NCBI GenBank assembly: GCA_035474935.1
Contig: DATIMX010000319.1
Location: 1 to 59,713 of the forward strand
Direction of reading: 5' to 3'
DNA length: 59,713 bases
Source of the DNA: Geodermatophilus sp.
GTDB lineage: Bacteria > Actinomycetota > Actinomycetes > Mycobacteriales > Geodermatophilaceae
The notes beneath the pieces are model-generated. The model saw nothing but the letters and a program-made list of their open reading frames with translations, searched no databases and was not told where the DNA came from. Below are positions 8,962-18,122 of the stretch, in pieces; positions within the stretch are counted from its first letter, which is position 1; each line of letters starts with the position of its first letter. The position numbers and the translations under genes are program-made.

Positions 8962-10761
8962 ATGGACGAGGTGGCACGCCTACGGCGGCTGCGCAGTCAG
9001 GCATGGTTCGACAATCCGGACAACCCCGAGCTGACGGCGGTCTACGTCGAGCGGTACCTGAACTGGGGGCTCACACGGGAGCAGCTCCAGTCCGGTCGCC
9101 CGGTCATCGGCATCGCGCAGACCGGCTCGGACCTCGCCCCGTGCAACCGGCACCACCTGGAACTGGCCGAGCGCGTACGGGAGGGGATCCGGGACGCCGG
9201 CGGGCTGGCCTTCGAGTTCCCGGTGCACCCGATTCAGGAGACCGGACGGCGTCCCACCGCAGGGCTCGACCGCAACCTGGCCTATCTCGGCCTGGTCGAG
9301 GTGCTGCACGGCTATCCCCTCGACGGCGTGGTGCTGACCACCGGCTGCGACAAGACGACCCCGGCCTGCCTGATGGCCGCGGCAACGGTCGACATCCCGG
9401 CGATCGTGCTCTCGGTGGGCCCGATGCTCAACGGTTGGTTCCGCGGCGAGCGGTCCGGGGCGGGAACGATCGTCTGGCAGGCCCGGGAGATGCTCGCCGC
9501 CGGTGAGATCGACGAGGCGGGGTTCTACGACCTCGTCGCCTCCGGGACGCCCTCACCGGGTCACTGCAACACCATGGGGACGGCGTCCACCATGAACGCC
9601 CTCGCCGAGGCCCTCGGCATGAGCCTGCCCGGCTGCGCCGCCATCCCCGCGCCGCACCGCGACCGCGCCGAGATGGCCTACCTGACCGGCCGACGGGCGG
9701 TCGAGATCGTGCACGAGGACCTCAAGCCGTCGGACATCCTGACCCGGGAGGCGTTCGAGAACGCCATCGTCGTCAACTCCGCGATCGGCGGCTCCACCAA
9801 CGCACCGATCCACCTCAACGCCATCGCCCAGCACATCGGTGTTGCCCTGGACATCGCCGACTGGCAGGAGAAGGGGCTGACCGTCCCGCTCATCGTGGAC
9901 ATGCAGCCGGTCGGCAAGTACCTCGGCGAGGAGTTCCACCGGGCCGGTGGCGTACCCGCCGTCGTCCACGAGCTGATGGCGCGCGGACTGATCCACGAGG
10001 ACGCCGGCACCGTCAACGGCCGGACCATCGGCGAGAACTTCCGGGACAGTGCCCCCGCCGACCAGGACGTCATCCGCACCTGCGACCGGGCGCTGCTGCC
10101 CGATGCGGGCTTCCTCGTCCTGCGTGGCAACCTGTTCGACAGCGCGATCATGAAGACCAGCGGCATCTCCCCGGAGTTCCGGGAGCGCTACCTGTCCGAC
10201 CCCGCGCACCCGAACGTCCTCGAGGGCCGCGCGATCGTCTTCGACGGGCCGGAGGACTACCACGCCCGCATCGACGACCCGGCGCTCGACGTCGACGAGA
10301 CCTGCCTGCTGATCATTCGAGGGGTGGGCCCGCTCGGCTATCCGGGCGCCGCCGAGGTGGTCAACATGCAGCCGCCCGCGGCCCTGATCAAGGCGGGCGT
10401 GCACGAGCTGCCGTGCATCGGGGATGGCCGCCAGTCCGGGACGTCGGGCTCCCCATCGATCCTCAACGCCTCACCCGAGGCCGCAGCCGGCGGCGGGCTG
10501 GCGCTGCTCGAGACCGGAGACGTCGTCCGGATCGACCTCGTCGCCGGCCGGGCCGACGTCCTGCTCCCCGACGAGGAGCTGGTCGACCGCCGGCGCCGGC
10601 TGGAGGAGTCCGGGGGGTATCCGATGCCGGCCTCCCAGACGCCATGGCAGGAGATCCAGCGCGCGATGGTCACCCAGTTGTCAGACGGCATGGTCCTCCG
10701 TCCGGCGGTGGGCTACCAGCGCGTCGCGCACACCATGGGCATCCCACGCGACAACCACTGA
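8962..10761 (+). CDS. IlvD/Edd family sugar-acid dehydratase (XylD/AraD-like)
   Basis: WFDNPDNPELTAVYVERY, APCNRHH, TTGCDKTTP, GHCNTMGTASTMN, GGSTN, DGRQSGT and C-terminal PRDNH. Confidence 0.92.
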   Translation: MDEVARLRRLRSQAWFDNPDNPELTAVYVERYLNWGLTREQLQSGRPVIGIAQTGSDLAPCNRHHLELAERVREGIRDAGGLAFEFPVHPIQETGRRPTAGLDRNLAYLGLVEVLHGYPLDGVVLTTGCDKTTPACLMAAATVDIPAIVLSVGPMLNGWFRGERSGAGTIVWQAREMLAAGEIDEAGFYDLVASGTPSPGHCNTMGTASTMNALAEALGMSLPGCAAIPAPHRDRAEMAYLTGRRAVEIVHEDLKPSDILTREAFENAIVVNSAIGGSTNAPIHLNAIAQHIGVALDIADWQEKGLTVPLIVDMQPVGKYLGEEFHRAGGVPAVVHELMARGLIHEDAGTVNGRTIGENFRDSAPADQDVIRTCDRALLPDAGFLVLRGNLFDSAIMKTSGISPEFRERYLSDPAHPNVLEGRAIVFDGPEDYHARIDDPALDVDETCLLIIRGVGPLGYPGAAEVVNMQPPAALIKAGVHELPCIGDGRQSGTSGSPSILNASPEAAAGGGLALLETGDVVRIDLVAGRADVLLPDEELVDRRRRLEESGGYPMPASQTPWQEIQRAMVTQLSDGMVLRPAVGYQRVAHTMGIPRDNH

Positions 10762-10802
10762 ACCCGTCGCCGGCGCTCCCGCGTCGCCGATGGCCAGGTC
10801 AT

Positions 10803-10925
10803 CGGCGACGCCCGCCGTACCGGCGCGACAGCGTCGGCACAGAGCCGGCGGACGGCCTCGAAGTCCCTGCCGCGATCCGGTTGCGGAGGACCCCGCACCA
10901 CCCGCTGATCGCGACCACGTGGCCG
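10803..10925 (-). pseudogene. Possible remnant of a KDPG/KHG aldolase C-terminus
   Basis: The minus strand reads HVVAISGWCGVLRNRIAAG and then, after a 1-nt shift, DFEAVRRLCADAVAPVRR. This resembles the Eda C-terminal helix. Confidence 0.35.
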
Positions 10926-11283
10926 GCGGTGACCCGCCTGGTCGACCTGCGCAGGAGCCCGGGAGGTCCTCACACCGAGGACGATGTCCCCGGTCGGACC
11001 GCACGCAGTGCCGTCGACCCACGGCTGTGGACCGGGACGAGACCTGGATCCGCGCGGGCCTGCGGATCAGCGATGGTCCCGCCGTGGTGATCTGCGCCGT
11101 CGCGCAACCGTGCGCACCGGCAGGGCTTCCCGCTCTGCTGCGAACGGCGACTCGACCGGTACGCCATCGGTGCTCACCGACGACCCCCCAGCCGGCGCAG
11201 GGTCGCGCCCCAGGCCTGGCCGACGGGCACCCGTGCACGCCGCGGCCCGGGGCGCGCGACCGATGGCGCCTCGACGAGGTGTG

Positions 11284-11349
11284 TTGACGACCACACCTCC
11301 GGCACCTAAAGTTTGTTCAAGGCATGGACGCCATGTTCACATCTCGAAC
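11284..11349 (+). promoter_or_regulatory. sigma70-type promoter with tandem operators
   Basis: TTGACG(11284)-N17-TAAAGT(11307). Boxes GTTCA-N5-TGGAC (11315) and GTTCA-N5-CGAAC (11335). Confidence 0.75.
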
Positions 11350-11359
11350 GGAGCAAGTC

Positions 11360-12745
11360 ATGACCAAGCGCATGCGACTGTTCGCCTTCGACTTCCAGGG
11401 GCCGGCCCACCTGTCCGCGGGTCTCTGGCGGCACGAGCGGGACCAGGGCCACCGGTACAAGGACCTGCGGTATTGGACCGACTACGCCCAGCTGCTCGAG
11501 CAGGCCTGCTTCGACGGCATCTTCTTCGCCGACAACGTCGGCTACCACGACGTCTACGAGGGCAACGCCGACGCCGCGCTCGCCGACGCCGCGCAGATCC
11601 CGGCCAACGACCCCCTCCTGGCCGTGTCGGGGATGGCCGCGGTCACCGAGAACCTCTGCTTCGGCGTCACCGGGTCGACGTCCTACGAGCACCCCTATGC
11701 GCTGGCCCGCCGGTTCAGCACCCTCGACCACCTCACCAACGGGCGGGTGGGCTGGAACCTGGTGACCTCCTACTCCGACAGCGCCGCCCGCAACCTCGGT
11801 ACGGGGCAGCAGGTCCCCCACGACGAGCGGTACGACATGGCCGCGGAGTACCTCGAGGTCTGCTACAAGCTGTGGGAAGGATCCTGGGAGGACGACGCCG
11901 TCGTCCGCGACCGGGTCAACGGCGTCTACGCCGACCCGCGCCGGGTGCACGACATCGCCCACCACGGCACGTACTTCACCGTCCCCGGGTTCCACCTGTG
12001 CGAGCCCTCGCCCCAGCGCACCCCGGTCATCTTCCAGGCCGGCGGCTCCTCGAAGGGGCAGCGGCTGGCGGCGAGCAGCGCCGAGGCGGTCTTCGTCAAC
12101 GCCGTGTCCGTCCCCGCCCTCAAGCGGCAGGTCGACAAGCTGCACGAGCTGGCCGCCGAGGCCGGCCGTGACCCGCAGAACGTCAAGGTGCTGCAGATGC
12201 TCAACGTCGTCTGCGCACCCACCGACGAAGCGGCCCACGCCAAGTTCGAGGAGTACCGGAAGCTGGTCAGCTACTCCGGGGCGATGGCCCGCTACAGCGG
12301 CTGGACCGGCCTGGACATGTCCCAGTTCGACCCCGACGTGCCGCTCAAGCACGTGAAGACCAACGCCGGTCAGACCATGGTCGACCTGTTCTCGAAGATG
12401 GACCCCGACAAGGAGTGGACCCCCCGCGACATCGCCGAGTTCGTCGGCATCGGCGGCACCGGGCCCACCATCGTGGGCTCCCCGACCACGGTGGCCGACG
12501 AGCTGACCCGGTGGATGGACGAGACCGGCATCGCCGGCTACAACCTCGCGCACGCGGTGCGGTACCAGGACATCGCCGACTTCATCGAGCTCGTCGTCCC
12601 CGAGCTGCAGCGCCGCGGCACCATGTGGAGCGAGTACGAGGGCTCCACCCTGCGCGAGAAGCTGTACGGCCCCGGCGCCGTCCGCCTGCGCGACGACCAC
12701 CCCGGCCACCGCTTCGCCACGCCCGCCGTCGAAGCCGCGCGCTGA
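11360..12745 (+). CDS. LLM-class FMNH2-dependent monooxygenase (NtaA/DmoA/DszA family)
   Basis: LEQACFDGIFFAD, ARRFSTLDHLTNGRVGWNLVTS, HDERYD, PSPQRTPVIFQAGGS, VPELQRRG and TLREKL. Confidence 0.92.
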   Translation: MTKRMRLFAFDFQGPAHLSAGLWRHERDQGHRYKDLRYWTDYAQLLEQACFDGIFFADNVGYHDVYEGNADAALADAAQIPANDPLLAVSGMAAVTENLCFGVTGSTSYEHPYALARRFSTLDHLTNGRVGWNLVTSYSDSAARNLGTGQQVPHDERYDMAAEYLEVCYKLWEGSWEDDAVVRDRVNGVYADPRRVHDIAHHGTYFTVPGFHLCEPSPQRTPVIFQAGGSSKGQRLAASSAEAVFVNAVSVPALKRQVDKLHELAAEAGRDPQNVKVLQMLNVVCAPTDEAAHAKFEEYRKLVSYSGAMARYSGWTGLDMSQFDPDVPLKHVKTNAGQTMVDLFSKMDPDKEWTPRDIAEFVGIGGTGPTIVGSPTTVADELTRWMDETGIAGYNLAHAVRYQDIADFIELVVPELQRRGTMWSEYEGSTLREKLYGPGAVRLRDDHPGHRFATPAVEAAR

Positions 12746-12833
12746 GACCACCGCCGGCACCCGTCTCCCGCCCTGCTCCCGCCCGCCAGCCGCGGGGGGC
12801 GGGGCGGGAGCGACCCTGGAGGGACCACAACCG

Positions 12834-13616
12834 ATGCAGACCACCGAACTCCACGACATCGCGACCGCCCTGCGCACCGCCCTCGCAACCGGTGAACCGA
12901 TCCCGGCGCCCACCAAGAACTGGCCCGCCCTCGACGCCGACGCCGGCTTCGAGGTCCAGCGGATCAACGTCGACGACGCCGTCGCGCACGGGGACCGCGT
13001 GGTCGGGTACAAGCTGGGCAACATCGCGAAGGTCATGCAGGACGCCTTCGGACTCGATCAGCCCGACTACGGGTACCTGCTCGCCAGCACCTTCGCCTAC
13101 GAGGGCACCGCACTCGCGCGGGCGCGGTTCATCGAACCGTTCGTCGAACTCGAGCCGGCCTTCGTCCTGCGCAGCCGGCTCGGCGGACCCAACACCACGG
13201 TCGCCGACGTCATCAACGCCATCGAGTACGCGGTCCCCGCGATCGAGGTCATCGACTCCCGCGTCCAGAACTGGGCCATCGACCTGCCGGACACCCTGGC
13301 TGACAACGGGTCCACCGGGGCGGTGATCCTCGGCGGGACGCCTCGGCGGATCACCGAGCTCACCCTGCGCGACACCCGGGGCGCCCTGCACTTCAACGGG
13401 CGCGAGGTCATCGCCGGGAACACCGGCAACGTCCTGGGGAACCCGCTGTCCGCCGTCGCCTGGCTCTGTAACCGGCTCGCTGCCTACGACGTCGAGTTCA
13501 CCCCTGGGCAGGTGATCCTGCCGGGCAGCTGCCTGCAGGCGGTCCCCATGAACCAGACGGGGCGCTGGTCCGGCACGTTCGAGGGCTGGGGGACGGTCGA
13601 GTTCGACGTCTCCTGA
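12834..13616 (+). CDS. 2-keto-4-pentenoate hydratase (MhpD-like, FAH superfamily)
   Basis: VVGYKLG, PDYGYL, VELEPAF, AIEVIDSR, DTLADNGS and LGNPLSAVAWL. Confidence 0.88.
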   Translation: MQTTELHDIATALRTALATGEPIPAPTKNWPALDADAGFEVQRINVDDAVAHGDRVVGYKLGNIAKVMQDAFGLDQPDYGYLLASTFAYEGTALARARFIEPFVELEPAFVLRSRLGGPNTTVADVINAIEYAVPAIEVIDSRVQNWAIDLPDTLADNGSTGAVILGGTPRRITELTLRDTRGALHFNGREVIAGNTGNVLGNPLSAVAWLCNRLAAYDVEFTPGQVILPGSCLQAVPMNQTGRWSGTFEGWGTVEFDVS

Positions 13617-13691
13617 TCCCGGCGGGTGGAGGGAGCCGGCACCATCCCGGCCGCCTCGGCCGAGCCGACCGTTCCGTAGGAGGAGGGGCCG

Positions 13692-14245
13692 ATGACCGAG
13701 TCGGCAGAGCGGACGTCACCGGGTGCGCCCGAGACCGTGGACGCGGACCGGCACCGGCTGTCGATGACGATCCTGATGACGCCGGACATGTCCAACTTCG
13801 CCGGCAACGTGCACGGCGGCATCCTGCTGAGTACCTGGACCAGGTCGCCTACACCTGCGCCACCCGCTACGCCCGCACGTACGCGGTCACGCTCTCGGTG
13901 GACCAGGTCGTCATCCGTGAGCCCGTCCACGTCGGCGAGCTGGTGACGTTCGATGCCAGCGTCAACCGCACCGGCCGCACCTCGATGGAGGTCGGTGTAC
14001 GGGTGACCGCGCAGGACCTCGTGCGCCAGACGGTCCGGCACACGAACAGCTGCTACTTCACGATGGTCGCCCTCGGGCCGGACGGCAGACCCGTGCCGGT
14101 CCCGCCCTGGCACCCGCGGACGGCCGAGCAGCGACGCCGGCACGACGCCGCCGAGCGGCGCAGCCGGCTGCGGCGGGACATCGCCCGCGCGGGGACGGAG
14201 ATCCAGCAGACCTCGTGCGACGGGGAGCTGGCGAGTCAGGGGTAG
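13692..14245 (+). pseudogene. Hotdog acyl-CoA thioesterase (YciA-like) with a 1-nt frameshift near 13830
   Basis: NFAGNVHGGILL is in one frame and YLDQVAYTCATRYA...VTLSVDQV...GRTSMEVGVRV is in another. Restoring one A (AAG, Lys) joins them. Confidence 0.85.
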
Positions 14246-14522
14246 TCGCGCCACCCACGGCGTTCCTCGAGGGGCACGCCCAGCGGGGCCGCACCGCGAG
14301 GTTCGGGCCGCCCCGCCCGCGGCTCGAGGGGCAGGGAGCGACGCGCTGTCCGCGGCGACCTCATCGTGGTCGGCGAGGTAGCGAGGAGCTGCCGCGCCGG
14401 GTGAGGCGGGGCGTGCGCCGCAGTGAGTACGAGATGTCCCGAGGCAGCCTCCGGCCGCCCTGACGACGGGCGGCCTGTCCAGGCGCCACGCCGGCGCCCC
14501 CTCATCCCAGCGATCGGAACGC

Positions 14523-14588
14523 TTGACCTCGTGACCGGCGTCACGCTAGCCTTAGTCATCCAGTGAACGAGGCGTCCACTTGTTGAAC
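14523..14588 (+). promoter_or_regulatory. sigma70-type promoter with tandem operators
   Basis: TTGACC(14523)-N18-TAGCCT(14547). Boxes AGTCA-N5-TGAAC (14554) and GTCCA-N5-TGAAC (14574). Confidence 0.7.
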
Positions 14589-14670
14589 GCGGATCGTCTG
14601 GTGGATGGGGAGCCAGGCTTCTCCAACCCGCGCTGGATCCCCCCTTCTCTGCACGACGGGAGTCAGAGCC

Positions 14671-15198
14671 ATGAGCAAGCTGACAGCACCCATCAGCCCC
14701 GAGCACTACCGCAAGGTGATGGGGCGCCTGCCCACCGGCGTGGTGGCGATCACCGGGGTCGACGACGACGGCAACAACCTCGGGTTCATCGTCGGGACCT
14801 TCGGTGCCCTGTCCCTCGATCCACCCATCGTCACTTTCAGCGTCGGGCACACCTCCTCGAGCTGGCCGAGGATCCGCCGCCGGCAGGTCTTCACCGCCAA
14901 CGTGCTCTCCAGGACCCAGGTCGACGAATGCCGAGCTCTGGCAGGCAAGGGAGCAGGGAAGTTCGACTCGGTCAACTACACCGCCGGCCCGCTCGGCGCC
15001 CCTCGCCTCCGCGACTCGATCGCCTGGATCGACTGCAGCGTGCAGGCCGAGGTCCTCGTCGGCGACCACTTCATGGTGATCGGGACCGTCGGGGCCATGG
15101 AGGCCGCAGACGGCGAGCCCCTGCTCTTCCAGGCCGGCCAGTTCGGCACCTACACCACGCTCAGCCCCGAGCCGAGCCCCGCGACGACAGGAGCCTGA
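14671..15198 (+). CDS. Flavin reductase family protein
   Basis: YRKVMGRLPTGVVAIT, LSLDPP, FTANVLS, GDHFMVIG and PLLFQAGQF. Confidence 0.92.
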   Translation: MSKLTAPISPEHYRKVMGRLPTGVVAITGVDDDGNNLGFIVGTFGALSLDPPIVTFSVGHTSSSWPRIRRRQVFTANVLSRTQVDECRALAGKGAGKFDSVNYTAGPLGAPRLRDSIAWIDCSVQAEVLVGDHFMVIGTVGAMEAADGEPLLFQAGQFGTYTTLSPEPSPATTGA

Positions 15199-15202
15199 AG
15201 AC

Positions 15203-15619
15203 ATGGACAAGAACCGGACCGAGTTCGTCCTCGACGCCTGGCGAGCCGCCTGGGGCAACGGCGAGGTCGAGGCCTTCGAGCGGATCCTCGCCCCCGGGTA
15301 CGTGCGGCACACGAAGTCCGGGGACGAGGACGTCGAGAAGCTGCGCCAGGCCATCAACGACTCCCGGGCGGCCTTCCCCGATCTCGTCACGGAGATCCTG
15401 CAGAGCGTCGAGCAGGACGACATGGTCGCGATCCGTTGGACCAGCCACGGCACCCACACCGGCTCCTTCATGGGCGTGCCGTCCACCGAGCGGACGGTCA
15501 CCGTCTACGGAGCCAGCTTCTGCCGGTTCGCCGACGGGCTGCTCGCCGAGGAGTGGGTGGTGTGGGACCCCCGGGAGCTCCTCAGCGCCATGAGCATCCT
15601 GACCGTGCCCCACGAATGA
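15203..15619 (+). CDS. SnoaL-like ester cyclase / NTF2-fold protein
   Basis: AAFPDL, VAIRWTSHGTHTGSFMGVPST and RFADGLLAEEW. Confidence 0.88.
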   Translation: MDKNRTEFVLDAWRAAWGNGEVEAFERILAPGYVRHTKSGDEDVEKLRQAINDSRAAFPDLVTEILQSVEQDDMVAIRWTSHGTHTGSFMGVPSTERTVTVYGASFCRFADGLLAEEWVVWDPRELLSAMSILTVPHE

Positions 15620-15672
15620 CCCCCACCGACGCCGAGCGCTGAACCCTGACAGCAGTACCGGAGGAGATCCCC

Positions 15673-17187
15673 ATGTCCGATGTCGTGAGCATCGAGCCGC
15701 GCACCGGCAACGCCGTGGAGGTCGTCGCGCCGGCGACGACCAGTGAGGAGGTGGACCGGCTCTGCGCCGCGGCGCTGGCCGCCGCGCCCGCCCTCGAAGA
15801 GCTGGGCCGCGCCGGCCGGGCTGCGCTGCTGCGGGCCCTCGCCGACGCCCTGGAGGCCCGGCGGGACGACGTGGTCACCGTCGCCGACCGGGAGACCGCA
15901 CTGGGCACCACCCGGCTGAACGGCGAGCTGACCCGCACCTGCTACCAGCTGCGGCTGTTCGCCGAGGTGCTCGACGAGGGCAGCTACCTCGAGGCCGCGA
16001 TCGACTCCCCCGGGCAGACCCCGATGGGCCCGCGCCCGGACCTGCGCCGGATGCTCGTCCCGATCGGCCCGGTCGCGGTCTTCGGGGCCAGCAACTTCCC
16101 GCTCGCCTTCTCCGTGCCCGGCGGCGACACCGCCTCGGCGCTGGCCGCCGGCTGTCCCGTCGTCGTCAAGGCTCACGGCTCGCACCCGGCGACCTCGCAG
16201 CTGGTCTTCGACGTCCTGGACGCCGCCGCCCGCAAGGCCGGCGCGCCCGACGGCACGCTCGGCATCGTGCACGGCCTGCAGGCCGGCGCCGACCTGGTCG
16301 CCCACCCCGCGATCCGCGCCGTCGGCTTCACCGGCTCGGTCAACGGCGGCCGCGCCCTGCTCGAGATCATCGAGCGGCGGCCCGACCCGGTGCCGTTCTT
16401 CGGCGAGCTGTCCAGCCTCAACCCCGTCGTCGTCACGCCGTCGGCCGCCGCCGAGCGGGGGACGACGATCGGCACCGAGCTGGTCGGCTCCTTCACCCTC
16501 GGCGGCGGCCAGTTCTGCACCAAGCCGGGGCTGGCGTTCGTGCCGGCCGGCCCCGAGGGCGACGCCGTCGTCGACGCGATGGCCGAGGCCGTGCGCGGCA
16601 CTGCCGCCCCGGTGCTGCTCAACGAGGGCATCGCCGCCTCCTACGGGCGCATCTCCGACGGCCTGGCCGGGGCACCGGGCGTCGAGGAGATCGCCCGCGG
16701 CGGGGAGCCCTCGGGCCGGGGCTTCGAGGCCGTGCCGCGGCTGCTGCAGACGACCGCCGCCGCGCTGCCCGAGCAGGTGACCGAGGAGTGCTTCGGTCCG
16801 GTGTCGGTCGTGGCCCGCTACGACGGCGAGGCCGAGCTGTTCGGCGCGCTGGAGCAGATGCCGTCGTCCCTCACCGCCACCGTGCTGCGCGGGGCCGGCG
16901 AGACCGAGCTGCCGCTGGCCGTCTCGCAGGAGCTGCGCACGCGGGCCGGCCGGCTGGTCTACGACGCCTACCCGACCGGCGTGGCGGTGTCCTGGGCACA
17001 GCACCACGGCGGACCGTGGCCGTCGACGAACTCGCAGCACACCTCGGTGGGGACGACGGCGATCCGCCGCTTCCTGCGCCCGGTCACCTGGCAGGGGGCG
17101 CCGCAGGAGGTGCTCCCGGCCGAGCTCACCGACGACTACCGCGACATCCCGCGGCGGGTCGACGGCGTCCTGCAGCTGCCCCGGTGA
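15673..17187 (+). CDS. NADP-dependent aldehyde dehydrogenase (2-ketoglutarate semialdehyde dehydrogenase-like)
   Basis: VFGASNFPLAFS, GGDTASALAAGCP, GFTGS, GELSSLNP, GQFCTKPG and HGGPWPST. Confidence 0.92.
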   Translation: MSDVVSIEPRTGNAVEVVAPATTSEEVDRLCAAALAAAPALEELGRAGRAALLRALADALEARRDDVVTVADRETALGTTRLNGELTRTCYQLRLFAEVLDEGSYLEAAIDSPGQTPMGPRPDLRRMLVPIGPVAVFGASNFPLAFSVPGGDTASALAAGCPVVVKAHGSHPATSQLVFDVLDAAARKAGAPDGTLGIVHGLQAGADLVAHPAIRAVGFTGSVNGGRALLEIIERRPDPVPFFGELSSLNPVVVTPSAAAERGTTIGTELVGSFTLGGGQFCTKPGLAFVPAGPEGDAVVDAMAEAVRGTAAPVLLNEGIAASYGRISDGLAGAPGVEEIARGGEPSGRGFEAVPRLLQTTAAALPEQVTEECFGPVSVVARYDGEAELFGALEQMPSSLTATVLRGAGETELPLAVSQELRTRAGRLVYDAYPTGVAVSWAQHHGGPWPSTNSQHTSVGTTAIRRFLRPVTWQGAPQEVLPAELTDDYRDIPRRVDGVLQLPR

Positions 17188-18122
17188 GCCGGCGGGTCGC
17201 CCTCGTCAGCTCCGAGCGCGGCCTGCGCGTCGACCCGGACCTCCCGCTCGCCGCGCCGGCGCTGCGGGAGGCCGGGTACGCCGTCGACTGCGTGCGCTGG
17301 GACGACCCGGCGGTCGACTGGGCCGGGTACGACCTGGCCGTCGTGCGCTCCTGCTGGGACTACGCCTGGCGGCGGGCAGAGTTCCTGGCCTGGGCCGGCG
17401 CCGTCCCGCGGCTGCGCAACGACGCCGCCGTGCTGCGCTGGAACACCGACAAGACCCACCTGCGCGACGTCGAGGCCGCCGGGCTGCCGGTCGTGCCCAC
17501 CGTCTGGGCCCCGGCGAGCGCCGCCGACCTGCCCGACGCGGAGGAGTGGGTGGTCAAGCCGTCGGTGTCCGCGGGCGCCCGGGACACCGCGCGCTGGACC
17601 GATCCCGGCGACGTCCTCGCGCACGTCGCGCAGCTGACCGCGACCGGCCGGACGGCGATGGTGCAGCCGTACCAGGCCAGCGTGGACGACGCGGGGGAGA
17701 CGGCGCTGCTGTTCCTCGGCGGGCGGTACTCGCACGCCGCGCGCAAGCCCCCGATGCTCGGCCGCGGCGAAGGCGTGCGTCAGGACCGCAACGGCCGCCG
17801 GGGCGTGCGACCGGCCACCACGACGCCGGAGCAGCGGGAGCTGGCGCAGGCGGTAGTCGACGCCGTCCCCGCGCTGGTGCGCGATGCCCTTTCCTCGCGG
17901 GGGCGCGATGCCCTTTCCTCGCGGGGGCGCGATGCCCTTTCCTCGCGGGGGCGCGATGCCGCACCGCTGCTCTACGCGCGGATCGACCTGGTCGCCGACG
18001 CCGCCGGCCGGCCGGTGGTGCTCGAGGTCGAGCTCACCGAGCCGAACCTGTTCCTCCCGCAGGCCCCGCCGGAGGCGCTGCCCCGGCTGGTCCGCGCGGT
18101 CGGGGACGCGATCGCCGCGTGA
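17184..18122 (+). CDS. ATP-grasp protein (RimK / glutathione synthetase-like)
   Basis: WDDPAVDW, VVRSCWDY, WNTDKTHL, VVKPSVSAGARD, LYARIDL and LEVELTEP. GTGA overlap with the ALDH stop. Confidence 0.85.
   Translation: MSRRVALVSSERGLRVDPDLPLAAPALREAGYAVDCVRWDDPAVDWAGYDLAVVRSCWDYAWRRAEFLAWAGAVPRLRNDAAVLRWNTDKTHLRDVEAAGLPVVPTVWAPASAADLPDAEEWVVKPSVSAGARDTARWTDPGDVLAHVAQLTATGRTAMVQPYQASVDDAGETALLFLGGRYSHAARKPPMLGRGEGVRQDRNGRRGVRPATTTPEQRELAQAVVDAVPALVRDALSSRGRDALSSRGRDALSSRGRDAAPLLYARIDLVADAAGRPVVLEVELTEPNLFLPQAPPEALPRLVRAVGDAIAA
17879..17960 (+). repeat. In-frame 24-bp tandem repeat, 3.4 copies (RDALSSRG)
   Basis: gcgcgatgccctttcctcgcgggg at 17879, 17903 and 17927, plus a partial copy at 17951. 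Confidence 0.95.

Noticed and set aside
14330-14430. Minus-strand AAAPRYLADHDEVA, reminiscent of a DUF433 remnant
   Set aside because: Too short and not in a continuous frame, so it cannot be supported without a search.
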